NCBI RefSeq assembly: GCF_032444005.1
Contig: NC_091285.1
Span: forward strand, 19,902,001-19,966,000
From: Ranitomeya imitator
Taxonomy: Eukaryota
Reading direction: 5' to 3'
Length of the DNA: 64,000 bases
The notes beneath the pieces were generated by a model that saw nothing but the letters and a program-made list of their open reading frames with translations, was not told where the DNA came from and searched no databases. How positions within the stretch are numbered: position 1 is the first letter of the stretch; every line of letters starts with the position of its first letter. Shown piece after piece: positions 51,546 to 64,000 of this stretch. The translations under genes and the position numbers were made by a program.

Positions 51546-53132
51546 TCATTTCTGCTCTCACAGCTGGTTACACTTGTTTTTTGGGCATCTGTGCCCAGCA
51601 GCTCCTTTCATCCATTGCATTGATATTCAGTACAAGATCCCAGAATCCCAGCAAACATCCCCAACCCGGACCTCAGTCCCTTGTCAGACCCTCACTCCCC
51701 CCTTTATCCTCCTCGATCAGCTGGAAACCCTATCGGACCCCTGTAAACTATATCTCATAGTCTCTCGGACCCACAATGGCGCTCTCATCCCCGAGCCGTC
51801 TCCTGCTGGGAGAAATACCCACGTCTGGTATCAGCAAAATAAACAAGGAGGCTTCATGTTTGGGATGTAGCCCCCTCCCTCTTCACAGCCGCTACCCGTG
51901 CCAGCAGCGCACAAAGTTTATAATTCGACTGTCACGCACTCGTCAAATATCACCGCGTGTCACCATGGTGTACCGTACTCATAACAGCGGCGTCCTTTAT
52001 AGTTATCATTCCTCTTATGGCTTAAAGGGGCTTTCCACTTTCCAAACAGTGGTCCTCAAATAATTGTAAAAATTACAGTACTACTCACCTCCCCCCCACC
52101 CAGTCTAGCACTGGCTGCCCGCCATTTCCTATATGTCTTAGTTTAGCTGATACCCCCAGGAACGCCATTACAGCCCCACGCAAGACCCCCCACTTTTGAG
52201 GAAGCACCATCCCGCTTGAGCCTCCAGGTACCCGCAAACTCAGGACTGTTGGCAAGGTGTGATGGTAGAAAGAAGAGGAAACAGAGAGTACATCTGACTA
52301 CACTGCGTTTGTTTGTAGTCTGTTACCATGGAGATGTATACCTTTGAATAAGAGCTGGACACACAAAATGACAGATTTTTGTAATGGTTGATAAAGTAAC
52401 CCCCCCAAAAAAAAAAAAAAAAAAATGCTTGACAACGTTGTCATCCAACTCATGGTATGGAAACATGCTCCATCATAGGAGTATGGGGATCTGCCCAAAC
52501 ACAAGCTACTGGTTCCCTAATTTGTCCTCCGTGGGGGCAGATGTCTTTAAGCTCTACAGTGTGACCCCCCTGACCCGGCGGTCCCGCTCAGATGTTTTTG
52601 GAGAGTTACCATTTCTAGAAATAAGATTTGGGAAGTGGAAAAGGGAAATACAATTTTTGGACTCACTGTCATGAAAAAAACAACTTCACGAAAAAAAACA
52701 ACTTCTAGTTTTTGCTCATTGGCCCCTTTAAAAAAAAAAAAAAAGACACGTGGTTCCCATTACCGCCTCCGTAGAATGAGTGACACTGAGTAAAGCCCCG
52801 TTCACACATCAGTGTTTCGCAATCCAGCTACAGACCGTGATTCAGGGACCGGCCGCCGCCTGACCTCATCGTCACAACCGCATGAACAGTCAGGTTCAGG
52901 TCAGGAGACCACAGCCGGTCCGTGCACTGCGGCCCATACTCGGAGGTGGGAATAATAGTAGTAAAGGGGCCATGAGATTATAATACTGACAAAATAAATA
53001 ATAGTGCCATACAGTGCGCAAAGGAAAAGTGTTATACAGTACCTACATGTCATACTGTGCTCGTATAATACTGCTATATGGTATCCTCATAATGGTGTCA
53101 TACAGTGCTCGTATAATACTGCTATATGGTAT

Positions 53133-53378
53133 TATTATTATTATTATTATTTATTGTTATAGCGCCATTTATTCCATGGCGCTTTACATGTGAGGAGGGG
53201 TATACATAATAAAAACAAGTACAATAATCTTAAACAATACAAGTCATAACTGGTACAGGAGGAATGAGGACCCTGCCCGCGAGGGCTCACAATCTACAAG
53301 GGATGGGTGAGAATACAGTAGGTGAGGGTAGAGATGGTCATGCAGCGGTTTGGTCGATCGGTGGTAGCTGCAGGTAAA
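53133..53378 (-). mobile_element. L2-type 3' tail inserted in the 48-bp array
   Basis: The array stops at ggtat, the (att)n tail and stem-loop follow, and the array resumes at cttcataatgg. Confidence 0.8.
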
Positions 53379-56300
53379 CTTCATAATGGTGTCATAGAGT
53401 GCTCATATAATACTGCTATATGGTATCTTCATAATGGTGTCATACAGTGCTAATATAATACTGCTATATGGTATCATCATAATGGTGTCATACTGTGCTC
53501 ATATAATACTGCTATATGGTATCTTCATAATGGTGTCATACAGTGCTCATATAATACTGCTATATGGTATCATCATAATGGTGTCATACAGTGCTCGTAT
53601 AATACTGCTATATGGTATCTTCATAATGGTGTCATACAGTGCTCGTATAATACTGCTATATGGTATCATCATAATGGTGTCATACTTTGCTCATATAATA
53701 CTGCTATATGGTATCTTCATAATGGTGTCATGCTGTGCTCATATAATACTGCTATGTGGTATCTTCATAATGGTGTCATACTGTGCTCGTATAATTCTGC
53801 TATATGGTATCCTCATAATGGTGTCATACAGTGCTCATATAATACTGCTATGTGGTATCTTCATAATGGTGTCATACAGTGCTAATATAATACTGCTATA
53901 TGGTATCTTCATAATGGTGTCATACTGTGCTTATATAATACTGCTATATGGTATCTTCATAATGGTGTCATGCTGTGCTCATATAATACTGCTATGTGGT
54001 ATCTTCATAATGGTGTCATACTGTACTCGTATAATACTGCTATATGGTATCCTCATAATGGTGTCATACTGTGCTCATATAATACTGCTATATGCTATCA
54101 TCATAATGGTGTCATACTGTGCTCATATAATACTGCTATATGGTATCTTCATAATGGTGTCATACAGTGCTCGTATAATACTGCTATATGGTATCTTCAT
54201 AATGGTGTCATAGAGTGCTCATATAATACTGCTATATGGTATCTTCATAATGGTGTCATACTGTGCTCATATAATACTGCTATATGGTATCTTCATAATG
54301 GTGTCATACTGTGCTCATATAATACTGCTATATGGTATCTTCATAATGGTGTCATACAGTACTCGTATAATACTGCTATATGGTATCATCATAATGGTGT
54401 CATGCTGTGCTCATATAATACTGCTATGTGGTATCTTCATAATGGTGTCATGCTGTGCTCATATAATACTGCTATGTGATATCTTCATAATGGTGTCATA
54501 CTGTGCTCGTATAATTCTGCTATATGGTATCCTCATAATGGTGTCATACAGTGCTCATATAATACTGCTATGTGGTATCTTCATAATGGTGTCATACAGT
54601 ACTCGTATAATACTGCTATATGGTATCATCATAATGGTGTCATGCTGTGCTCATATAATACTGCTATGTGGTATCTTCATAATGGTGTCATGCTGTGCTC
54701 ATATAATACTGCTATGTGGTATCTTCATAATGGTGTCATACTGTGCTCGTATAATTCTGCTATATGGTATCCTCATAATGGTGTCATACAGTGCTCATAT
54801 AATACTGCTATGTGGTATCTTCATAATGGTGTCATACTGTGCTCATATAATACTGCTATATGGTATCCTCATAATGGTGTCATAGTGTGCTCATATAATA
54901 CTGCTATATGGTATCATCATAATGGAGTCATACTGTGCTCATATAATACTGCTATATGGTATCTTCATAATGGTGTCATACTGTGCTCATATAATACTGC
55001 TATATGGTATCTTCATAATGGTGTCATACAGTGCTAATATAATACTGCTATATGGTATCTTCATAATGGTGTCATACTGTGCTTATATAATACTGCTATA
55101 TGGTATCTTCATAATGGTGTCATGCTGTGCTCATATAATACTGCTATGTGGTATCTTCATAATGGTGTCATACTGTGCTCGTATAATACTGCTATATGGT
55201 ATCCTCATAATGGTGTCATACTGTGCTCATATAATACTGCTATATGGTATCCTCATAATGGTGTCATACTGTGCTCATATAATACTGCTATATGGTATCC
55301 TCATAATGGTGTCATACTGTTCTCGTACAATACTGCTATATGGTATCTTCATAATGGTGTCATACTGTGCTCATATAATACTGCTATGTGGTATCCTCAT
55401 AATGGTGTCATGCTGTGCTCATATAATACTGCTATGTGATATCTTCATAATGGTGTCATACTGTGCTCGTATAATTCTGCTATATGGTATCCTCATAATG
55501 GTGTCATACAGTGCTCATATAATACTGCTATGTGGTATCTTCATAATGGTGTCATACAGTACTCGTATAATACTGCTATATGGTATCATCATAATGGTGT
55601 CATGCTGTGCTCATATAATACTGCTATGTGGTATCTTCATAATGGTGTCATGCTGTGCTCATATAATACTGCTATGTGGTATCTTCATAATGGTGTCATA
55701 CTGTGCTCGTATAATTCTGCTATATGGTATCCTCATAATGGTGTCATACAGTGCTCATATAATACTGCTATGTGGTATCTTCATAATGGTGTCATACTGT
55801 GCTCATATAATACTGCTATATGGTATCCTCATAATGGTGTCATAGTGTGCTCATATAATACTGCTATATGGTATCATCATAATGGAGTCATACTGTGCTC
55901 ATATAATACTGCTATATGGTATCTTCATAATGGTGTCATACTGTGCTCATATAATACTGCTATATGGTATCTTCATAATGGTGTCATACTGTGCTTATAT
56001 AATACTGCTATATGGTATCTTCATAATGGTGTCATGCTGTGCTCATATAATACTGCTATGTGGTATCTTCATAATGGTGTCATACTGTGCTCGTATAATA
56101 CTGCTATATGGTATCCTCATAATGGTGTCATACTGTGCTCATATAATACTGCTATATGGTATCCTCATAATGGTGTCATACTGTGCTCATATAATACTGC
56201 TATATGGTATACTCATAATGGTGTCATACTGTTCTCGTACAATACTGCTATATGGTATCTTCATAATGGTGTCATACTGTGCTCATATAATACTGCTATG

Positions 56301-57588
56301 TGGTATCCTCATAATGGTGGCATACAGTGCTCATATAATACTGCTATGTGGTATCCTCATAATGGTGTCATACTGTGCTCATATAATACTGCTATGTGGT
56401 ATCCTCATAATGGTGTCATACAGTTCTCGTATAATACTGCTATATGATATCTTCATAATGGTGTCATACAGTGCTCATATAATACTGCTATGTGGTATAC
56501 TCATAATGGTGTCATGCTGTGCTCATATAATACTGCTATGTGGTATCTTCATAATGGTGTCATGCTGTGCTCATATAATACTGCTATATGGTATCTTCAT
56601 AATGATGTCATACTGTGCTCATATAATTCTGCTATATGGTATCCTCATAATGGTGTCATACAGTGCTCGTATAATACTGCTATATGGTATCATCATAATG
56701 GAGTCATACTGTGCTCATATAATACTGCTATATGGTATCTTCATAATGGTGTCATACTGTGCTCATATAATACTGCTATATGGTATCTTCATAATGGTGT
56801 CATACTGTGCTCATATAATACTGCTATATGGTATCTTCATAATGGTGTCATACTGTGCTCATATAATACTGCTATATGGTATCTTCATAATGGTGTCATA
56901 CAGTGCTAATATAATACTGCTATATGGTATCTTCATAATGGTGTCATACTGTGCTTATATAATACTGCTATATGGTATCTTCATAATGGTGTCATGCTGT
57001 GCTCATATAATACTGCTATGTGGTATCTTCATAATGGTGTCATACTGTGCTCGTATAATACTGCTATATGGTATCCTCATAATGGTGTCATACTGTGCTC
57101 ATATAATACTGCTATATGGTATCCTCATAATGGTGTCATACTGTTCTCGTACAATACTGCTATATGGTATCTTCATAATGGTGTCATACTGTGCTCATAT
57201 AATACTGCTATGTGGTATCCTCATAATGGTGTCATACTGTGCTCATATAATACTGCTATATGGTATCCTCATAATGGTGTCATACTGTTCTCGTACAATA
57301 CTGCTATATGGTATCCTCATAATGGTGTCATACTGTGCTCATATAATACTGCTATGTGGTATCCTCATAATGGTGTCATACAGTGCTCATATAATACTGC
57401 TATGTGGTATCCTCATAATGGTGTCATACTGTGCTCGTATAATACTGCTATGTGGTATCTTCATAATGGTGTCATACTGTGCTCGTATAATACTGCTATA
57501 TGGTATCCTCATAATGGTGTCATACAGTTCTCGTATAATACTGCTATATGGTATCCTCATAATGGTGTCATACAGTTCTCGTATAATA

Positions 57589-57990
57589 ATAATAATAATA
57601 ATAATAATAATTTTTATTTATATAGCGCCAACATATTCCGCAGCGCTTTACAAATTATAGAGGGGACTTGTACAGACAATAGACCTTACAGCATAACAGA
57701 AATACAGTTCAAAACAGATACCAGGAGGAATGAGGGCCCTGCTGCTCGCAAGCTACAAACTATGGGGAAAAGGGGAGACACGAGAGGTGGATGGTAACAA
57801 TTGTTTTAGTTATTCGGACCAGCTATAGTGTAAGGCTCAGGTGTTCATGTAAAGCTGCATGAACCAGTTAACTGCCTAAGTATGTAGCAGTACAGACACA
57901 GAGGGCTAATACTGCATAAAGTGTATGAGAACATGATGCGAGGAACCTGATTTTTTTTTTTTTTTTTTATAAATAGGCCACACAGGGATC
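57589..57990 (-). mobile_element. About 400-bp L2-type 3' fragment inserted in the 48-bp array
   Basis: The array stops at cgtataata, the (taa)n tail and agcgccaacatattccgcagcgct follow, and the array resumes at atactgctatatgg. Confidence 0.8.
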
Positions 57991-60900
57991 ATACTGCTAT
58001 ATGGTATCTTCATAATGGTGTCATACAGTGCTAATATAATACTGCTATATGGTATCCTCATAATGGTGTCATACAGTGCTAATATAATACTGCTATATGG
58101 TATCATCATAATGGTGTCATACAGTGCTCGTATAATACTGCTATATGGTATCTTCATAATGGTGTCATACAGTGCTAATATAATACTGCTATATGGTATC
58201 CTCATAATGGTGTCATACAGTGCTAATATAATACTGCTATATGGTATCATCATAATGGTGTCATACAGTGCTCGTATAATACTGCTATATGGTATCATCA
58301 TAATGGTGTCATACAGTGCTCGTATAATACTGCTATATGGTATCATCATAATGGTGTCATACAGTGCTCGTATAATACTGCTATATGGTATCTTCAAAAT
58401 GGTGTCATACAGTGCTCATATAATACTGCTATATGGTATCATCATAATGGTGTCATACAGTGCTCGTATAATACTGCTATATGGTATCATCATAATGGTG
58501 TCATACAGTGCTCGTATAATACTGCTATATGGTATCATCATAATGGTGTCATACAGTGCTCGTATAATACTTCTATATGGTATCATCATAATGGTGTCAT
58601 ACAGTGCTCGTATAATACTGCTATATGGTATCATCATAATGGTGTCATACAGTGCTCGTATAATACTGCTATATGGTATCATCATAATGGTGTCATACAG
58701 TGCTAATATAATACTGCTATGTGGTATCCTCATAATGGTGTCATACTGTGCTCGTATAATACTGCTATATGGTATCATCATAATGGTGTCATACTGTGCT
58801 CGTATAATACTGCTATATGGTATCCTCATAATGGTGTCATACAGTGCTAATATAATACTGCTATATGGTATCATCATAATGGTGTCATACAGTGCTCGTA
58901 TAATACTGCTATATGGTATCATCATAATGGTGTCATACAGTGCTCGTATAATACTGCTATATGGTATCTTCATAATGGTGTCATACAGTGCTCGTATAAT
59001 ACTGCTATATGGTATCATCATAATGGTGTCATACAGTGCTCGTATAATACTGCTATATGGTATCATCATAATGGTGTCATACAGTGCTCGTATAATACTG
59101 CTATATGGTATCATCATAATGGTGTCATACAGTGCTCGTATAATACTGCTATATGGTATCATCATAATGGTGTCATACAGTGCTAATATAATACTGCTAT
59201 GTGGTATCCTCATAATGGTGTCATACTGTGCTCGTATAATACTGCTATATGGTATCATCATAATGGTGTCATACAGTGCTCGTATAATACTGCTATATGG
59301 TATCATCATAATGGTGTCATACAGTGCTCGTATAATACTACTATATGGTATCATCATAATGGTGTCATACAGTGCTAATATAATACTGCTATATGGTATC
59401 ATCATAATGGTGTCATACAGTGCTCGTATAATACTGCTATATGGTATCATCATAATGGTGTCATACAGTGCTCGTATAATACTGCTATATGGTATCTTCA
59501 TAATGGTGTCATACAGTGCTCATATAATACTGCTATATGGTATCATCATAATGGTGTCTTACAGTGCTCGTATAATACTGCTATATGGTATCATCATAAT
59601 GGTGTCATACAGTGCTCGTATAATACTGCTATATGGTATCTTCATAATGATGTCATACAGTGCTCGTATAATACTGCTATATGGTATCATCATAATGGTG
59701 GCATACTGTGCTCGTATAATACTGCTATATGGTATCCTCATAATGGTGGCATACTGTGCTCGTATAATACTGCTATATGGTATCCTCATAATGGTGGCAT
59801 ACTGTGCTCGTATAATACTGCTATATGGTATCTTCATAATGGTGTCATACAGTGCTCGTATAATACTGCTATATGGTATCATCATAATGGTGTCATACAG
59901 TGCTAATATAATACTGCTATATGGTATCATCATAATGGTGTCATACAGTGCTCGTATAATACTGCTATATGGTATCATCATAATGGTGTCATACAGTGCT
60001 CGTATAATACTGCTATATGGTATCATCATAATGGTGTCATACTGTGCTCGTATAATACTGCTATATGGTATCTTCATAATGGTGGCATACTGTGCTCGTA
60101 TAATACTGCTATATGGTATCTTCATAATGGTGGCATACTGTGCTCGTATAATACTGCTATATGGTATCATCATAATGGTGTCATACTGTGCTCGTATAAT
60201 ACTGCTATATGGTATCTTCATAATGGTGGCATACTGTGCTCGTATAATACTGCTATATGGTATCATCATAATGGTGTCTTACAGTGCTCGTATAATACTG
60301 CTATATGGTATCATCATAATGGTGTCATACAGTGCTAATATAATACTGCTATATGGTATCATCATAATGGTGTCATACAGTGCTCGTATAATACTGCTAT
60401 ATGGTATCATCATAATGGTGTCATACTGTGCTCGTATAATACTGCTATATGGTATCTTCATAATGGTGGCATACTGTGCTCGTATAATACTGCTATATGG
60501 TATCTTCATAATGGTGGCATACTGTGCTCGTATAATACTGCTATATGGTATCTTCATAATGGTGGCATACTGTGCTCGTATAATACTGCTATATGGTATC
60601 TTCATAATGGTGGCATACTGTGCTCGTATAATACTGCTATATGGTATCATCATAATGGTGTCTTACAGTGCTCGTATAATACTGCTATATGGTATCATCA
60701 TAATGGTGTCATACAGTGCTAATATAATACTGCTATATGGTATCATCATAATGGTGTCATACAGTGCTCGTATAATACTGCTATATGGTATCATCATAAT
60801 GGTGTCATACTGTGCTCGTATAATACTGCTATATGGTATCATCATAATGGTGGCATACTGTGCTCGTATAATACTGCTATATGGTATCTTCATAATGGTG

Positions 60901-61834
60901 GCATACTGTGCTCGTATAATACTGCTATATGGTATCATCATAATGGTGTCATACAGTGCTCATATAATACTGCTATATGGTATCATCATAATGGTGTCAT
61001 ACTGTGCTCGTATAATACTGCTATATGGTATCATCATAATGGTGTCATACTGTGCTCGTATAATACTGCTATATGGTATCTTCATAATGGTGGCATACTG
61101 TGCTCGTATAATACTGCTATATGGTATCATCATAATGGTGTCATACAGTGCTCATATAATACTGCTATATGGTATCATCATAATGGTGTCATACAGTGCT
61201 CATATAATACTGCTATATGGTATCATCATAATGGTGTCATACAGTGCTCGTATAATACTGCTATATGGTATCATCATAATGGTGTCATACAGTGCTCATA
61301 TAATACTGTTATACGTTATCTACTTGTGCTCATATAAAACTGCTATAAAAAGAGCTCGGCCTCCAGTATCACACAGGAACAGCTCAGATACACCATGTCA
61401 TCATACTGTATGTAGGATTAGCTTAGATACAACAGGTCAGAGCACTGTATCACACAGGAAAGGCTTGGATACACTAATTCCACAGACAGGAAAATACTGG
61501 ACATGTCTAAATACATCAACTTAGCAGACAGTGTCACACATGACAGACTTAGATACAGGAGCTAAGCAAAAATTATCACACAGGATAAGCTTAGATACAT
61601 TAGGTCAACAGAATACTACACATAGCAGGCTTAGATACATTATCTGAACAAACAGTACGTCACATGGTAGGCTTAGATACACCAATAAATTGCATTGTGT
61701 CTGGAGAAATTGTGGATAGGATTGGATACACCCGATCAACAGACTGTATCACACAGAAGATTAGATACATCAGCTAAACTGACAGTATTGTATAGAATTA
61801 GCTTAGATACAGTAGCTCAGCAGAAGTAATCACA

Positions 61835-63330
61835 CAGGATAGGCTTAGATACACAGCTTAGCAGAAGTGATCACACAGGACAGGCTTAGATACACAGCTT
61901 AGCAGAAGTGATCACACAGGACAGGCTTAGATACAGGATCTAAGCAGAAGTGATCACACAGTACAGGCTTAGATACAGGATCTAAGCAGAAGTGATCACA
62001 CAGGACAGGCTTAGATACAGGATCTAAGCAGAAGTGATCACATAGGACAGACTTAGATAGATACAGGATCTAAGCAGAAGTGATCACACAGGACAGGCTT
62101 AGATACAGGATCTAAGCAGAAGTGATCACATAGGACAGGCTTAGATACAGGATCTAAGCAGAAGTGATCACACAGGACAGGCTTAGATACAGGATCTAAG
62201 CAGAAGTGATCACATAGGACAGGCTTAGATACAGGATCTAAGCAGAAGTGATCACATAGGACAGGCTTAGATACAGGATCTAAGCAGAAGTGATCACACA
62301 GGACAGGCTTAGATACAGGATCTAAGCAGAAGTGATCACACAGGACAGGCTTAGATACAGGATCTAAGCAGAAGTGATCACACAGGACAGGCTTAGATAC
62401 AGGATCTAAGCAGAAGTGATCGCATAGGACAGACTTAGATAGATACAGGATCTAAGCAGAAGTGATCACACAGGACAGGCTTAGATACAGGATCTAAGCA
62501 GAAGTGATCACATAGGACAGGCTTAGATACAGGATCTAAGCAGAAGTGATCACATAGGACAGGCTTAGATACAGGATCTAAGCAGAAGTGATCACACAGT
62601 ACAGGCTTAGATACAGGATCTAAGCAGAAGTGATCACACAGGACAGGCTTAGATACAGGATCTAAGCAGAAGTGATCACATAGGACAGGCTTAGATACAG
62701 GATCTAAGCAGCAGTGATCACACAGGACAGGCTTAGATACACAGCTAAGCAGAAGTGATCACACAGTGCGGGCTTATATACAGGATCTAAGCAGAAGTGA
62801 TCACATAGGACAGGCTTAGATACAGGATCTAAGCAGAAGTGATCACATAGGACAGGCTTAGATACAGGATCTAAGCAGAAGTGATCACATAGGACAGGCT
62901 TAGATACAGGATCTAAGCAGAAGTGATCACATAGGACAGGCTTAGATACAGGATCTAAGCAGAAGTGATCACACAGGACAGGCTTAGATACAGAATCTAA
63001 GCAGAAGTGATCACATAGGACAGGCTTAGATACAGGATCTAAGCAGAAGTGATCACATAGGACAGGCTTAGATACAGGATCTAAGCAGAAGTGATCACAC
63101 AGGACAGGCTTAGATACAGGATCTAAGCAGAAGTGATCACATAGGACAGGCTTAGATACAGGATCTAAGCAGCAGTGATCACACAGGACAGGCTTAGATA
63201 CACAGCTAAGCAGAAGTGATCACACAGTGCGGGCTTAGATACAGGATCTAAGCAGAAGTGATCACATAGGACAGGCTTAGATGCAGGATCTAAGCAGCAG
63301 TGATCACACAGTATGGGCTTAGATACACAG
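61835..63330. repeat. 42-bp minisatellite, about 35 units, with a degenerate left flank (61365-61835)
   Basis: Unit gcagaagtgatcaca(c/t)aggacaggcttagatacaggatctaa. Confidence 0.96.
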
Positions 63331-64000
63331 CTGAGCTGCGCTGTCTCCAGGAATGTGCGGCCCATGAGATCCTCCATACTTCGCCAACCACAGACTGAAT
63401 ACTTGATATTAGAAGGGAATGTACCGCAGTTCGGATACTTCTGCGTTGATCACATGATCCTCTGACCCGTAATCGCCTTATAATACTCTCACGTCGTGTT
63501 ATCACTCTCGGCCCCTCGCGTTCACGTCTCTGCCCTTTCGTCCGGTCCCGGCAGACGGTAACGGTTTATGACCGTCCACGAGGACACGGGGCGCCCACCG
63601 TTTTTGGCGTCTGGGTACCGCAATCACCTTCTGTAACCTCAGCTGTGACATGATCATCCCGTTACATAATAGGACGGCAGCTCGGGGGTTAATGGGCGGA
63701 CTGCGCCTCCTCATAGAACAAAACCCAAGTCATTTCTCCTGGGAAGTCAAGTGGCTGTAATGTGGCGATTTTTCCTCCTCCTTTAGTTGGAGGCTGCAGT
63801 TCAGGGGCATTGGCCTGAAAACCGTATGTGTAAACCGGGCCTGATACCAGAGTCCGGGGGTGTGAGGGACACAGGAGGAACCCGAGAAAAATGGGGCTGT
63901 TCATAGCATTTCTCTTCCTGACACAGAGTTCCAAATCCTCTGCTTAGGATTAGGGGAAGCTCCAGAGGCGTAGCCAGGGTTGGTTCAGGGGGGCGAAACT

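Larger units (their letters stand above)
53048..61335. repeat. 48-bp minisatellite, about 155-160 units, with two retroposon insertions
   Basis: Unit ataatggtgtcata(c)(a/t)gtgctc(g/a)tataatactgctatatggtatc(a/t/c)tc. Confidence 0.97.

Noticed and set aside
48595-51760. 640-aa and overlapping ORFs on both strands
   Set aside because: Artefacts of the G-rich minisatellite.
58015-61524. 1169-aa ORF and the other long ORFs at 53434-57797
   Set aside because: They are translations of a 48-bp (16-codon) satellite unit that happens to lack a stop in that frame. There is no unique domain or gene context.

Overview
Repeat-rich vertebrate genomic DNA, most likely from an anuran amphibian (inferred from the transposon and satellite complement, not proven). 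Left end: a complete 8-exon ADCK2 gene on the minus strand (CDS 10126->2415, about 613 aa, all introns GT-AG and phase 0), with a CpG-rich promoter and a decayed Chapaev3-like transposon in intron 6. Main structure: a head-to-tail tandem of a chromodomain-bearing Gypsy (Tf1/sushi-type) LTR retrotransposon, LTR-internal-LTR-internal-LTR at 11983-22361. It has three 818-bp LTRs and is flanked by one 6-bp TSD. Both internal copies share an RT deletion and a chromodomain nonsense codon, and the middle LTR looks recombinant. The PBS is complementary to the element's own predicted transcript 5' end, which points to tRNA-independent self-priming. A diverged LTR at the window start shows compensatory changes in LTR hairpins and gives a testable covariation prediction. 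The remainder holds three full-length Tc1 elements (one with an intact 340-aa DD34E ORF), L2-type 3' tails with a conserved stem-loop, foldback and nested TTAA MITEs, and a probable Helitron end. There is also a candidate non-coding first exon of a divergently transcribed gene (DENND2A by human synteny) and about nine unrelated minisatellite or low-complexity arrays covering roughly 30% of the window. No CRISPR, rRNA or tRNA genes were seen. All comparisons were made by eye.
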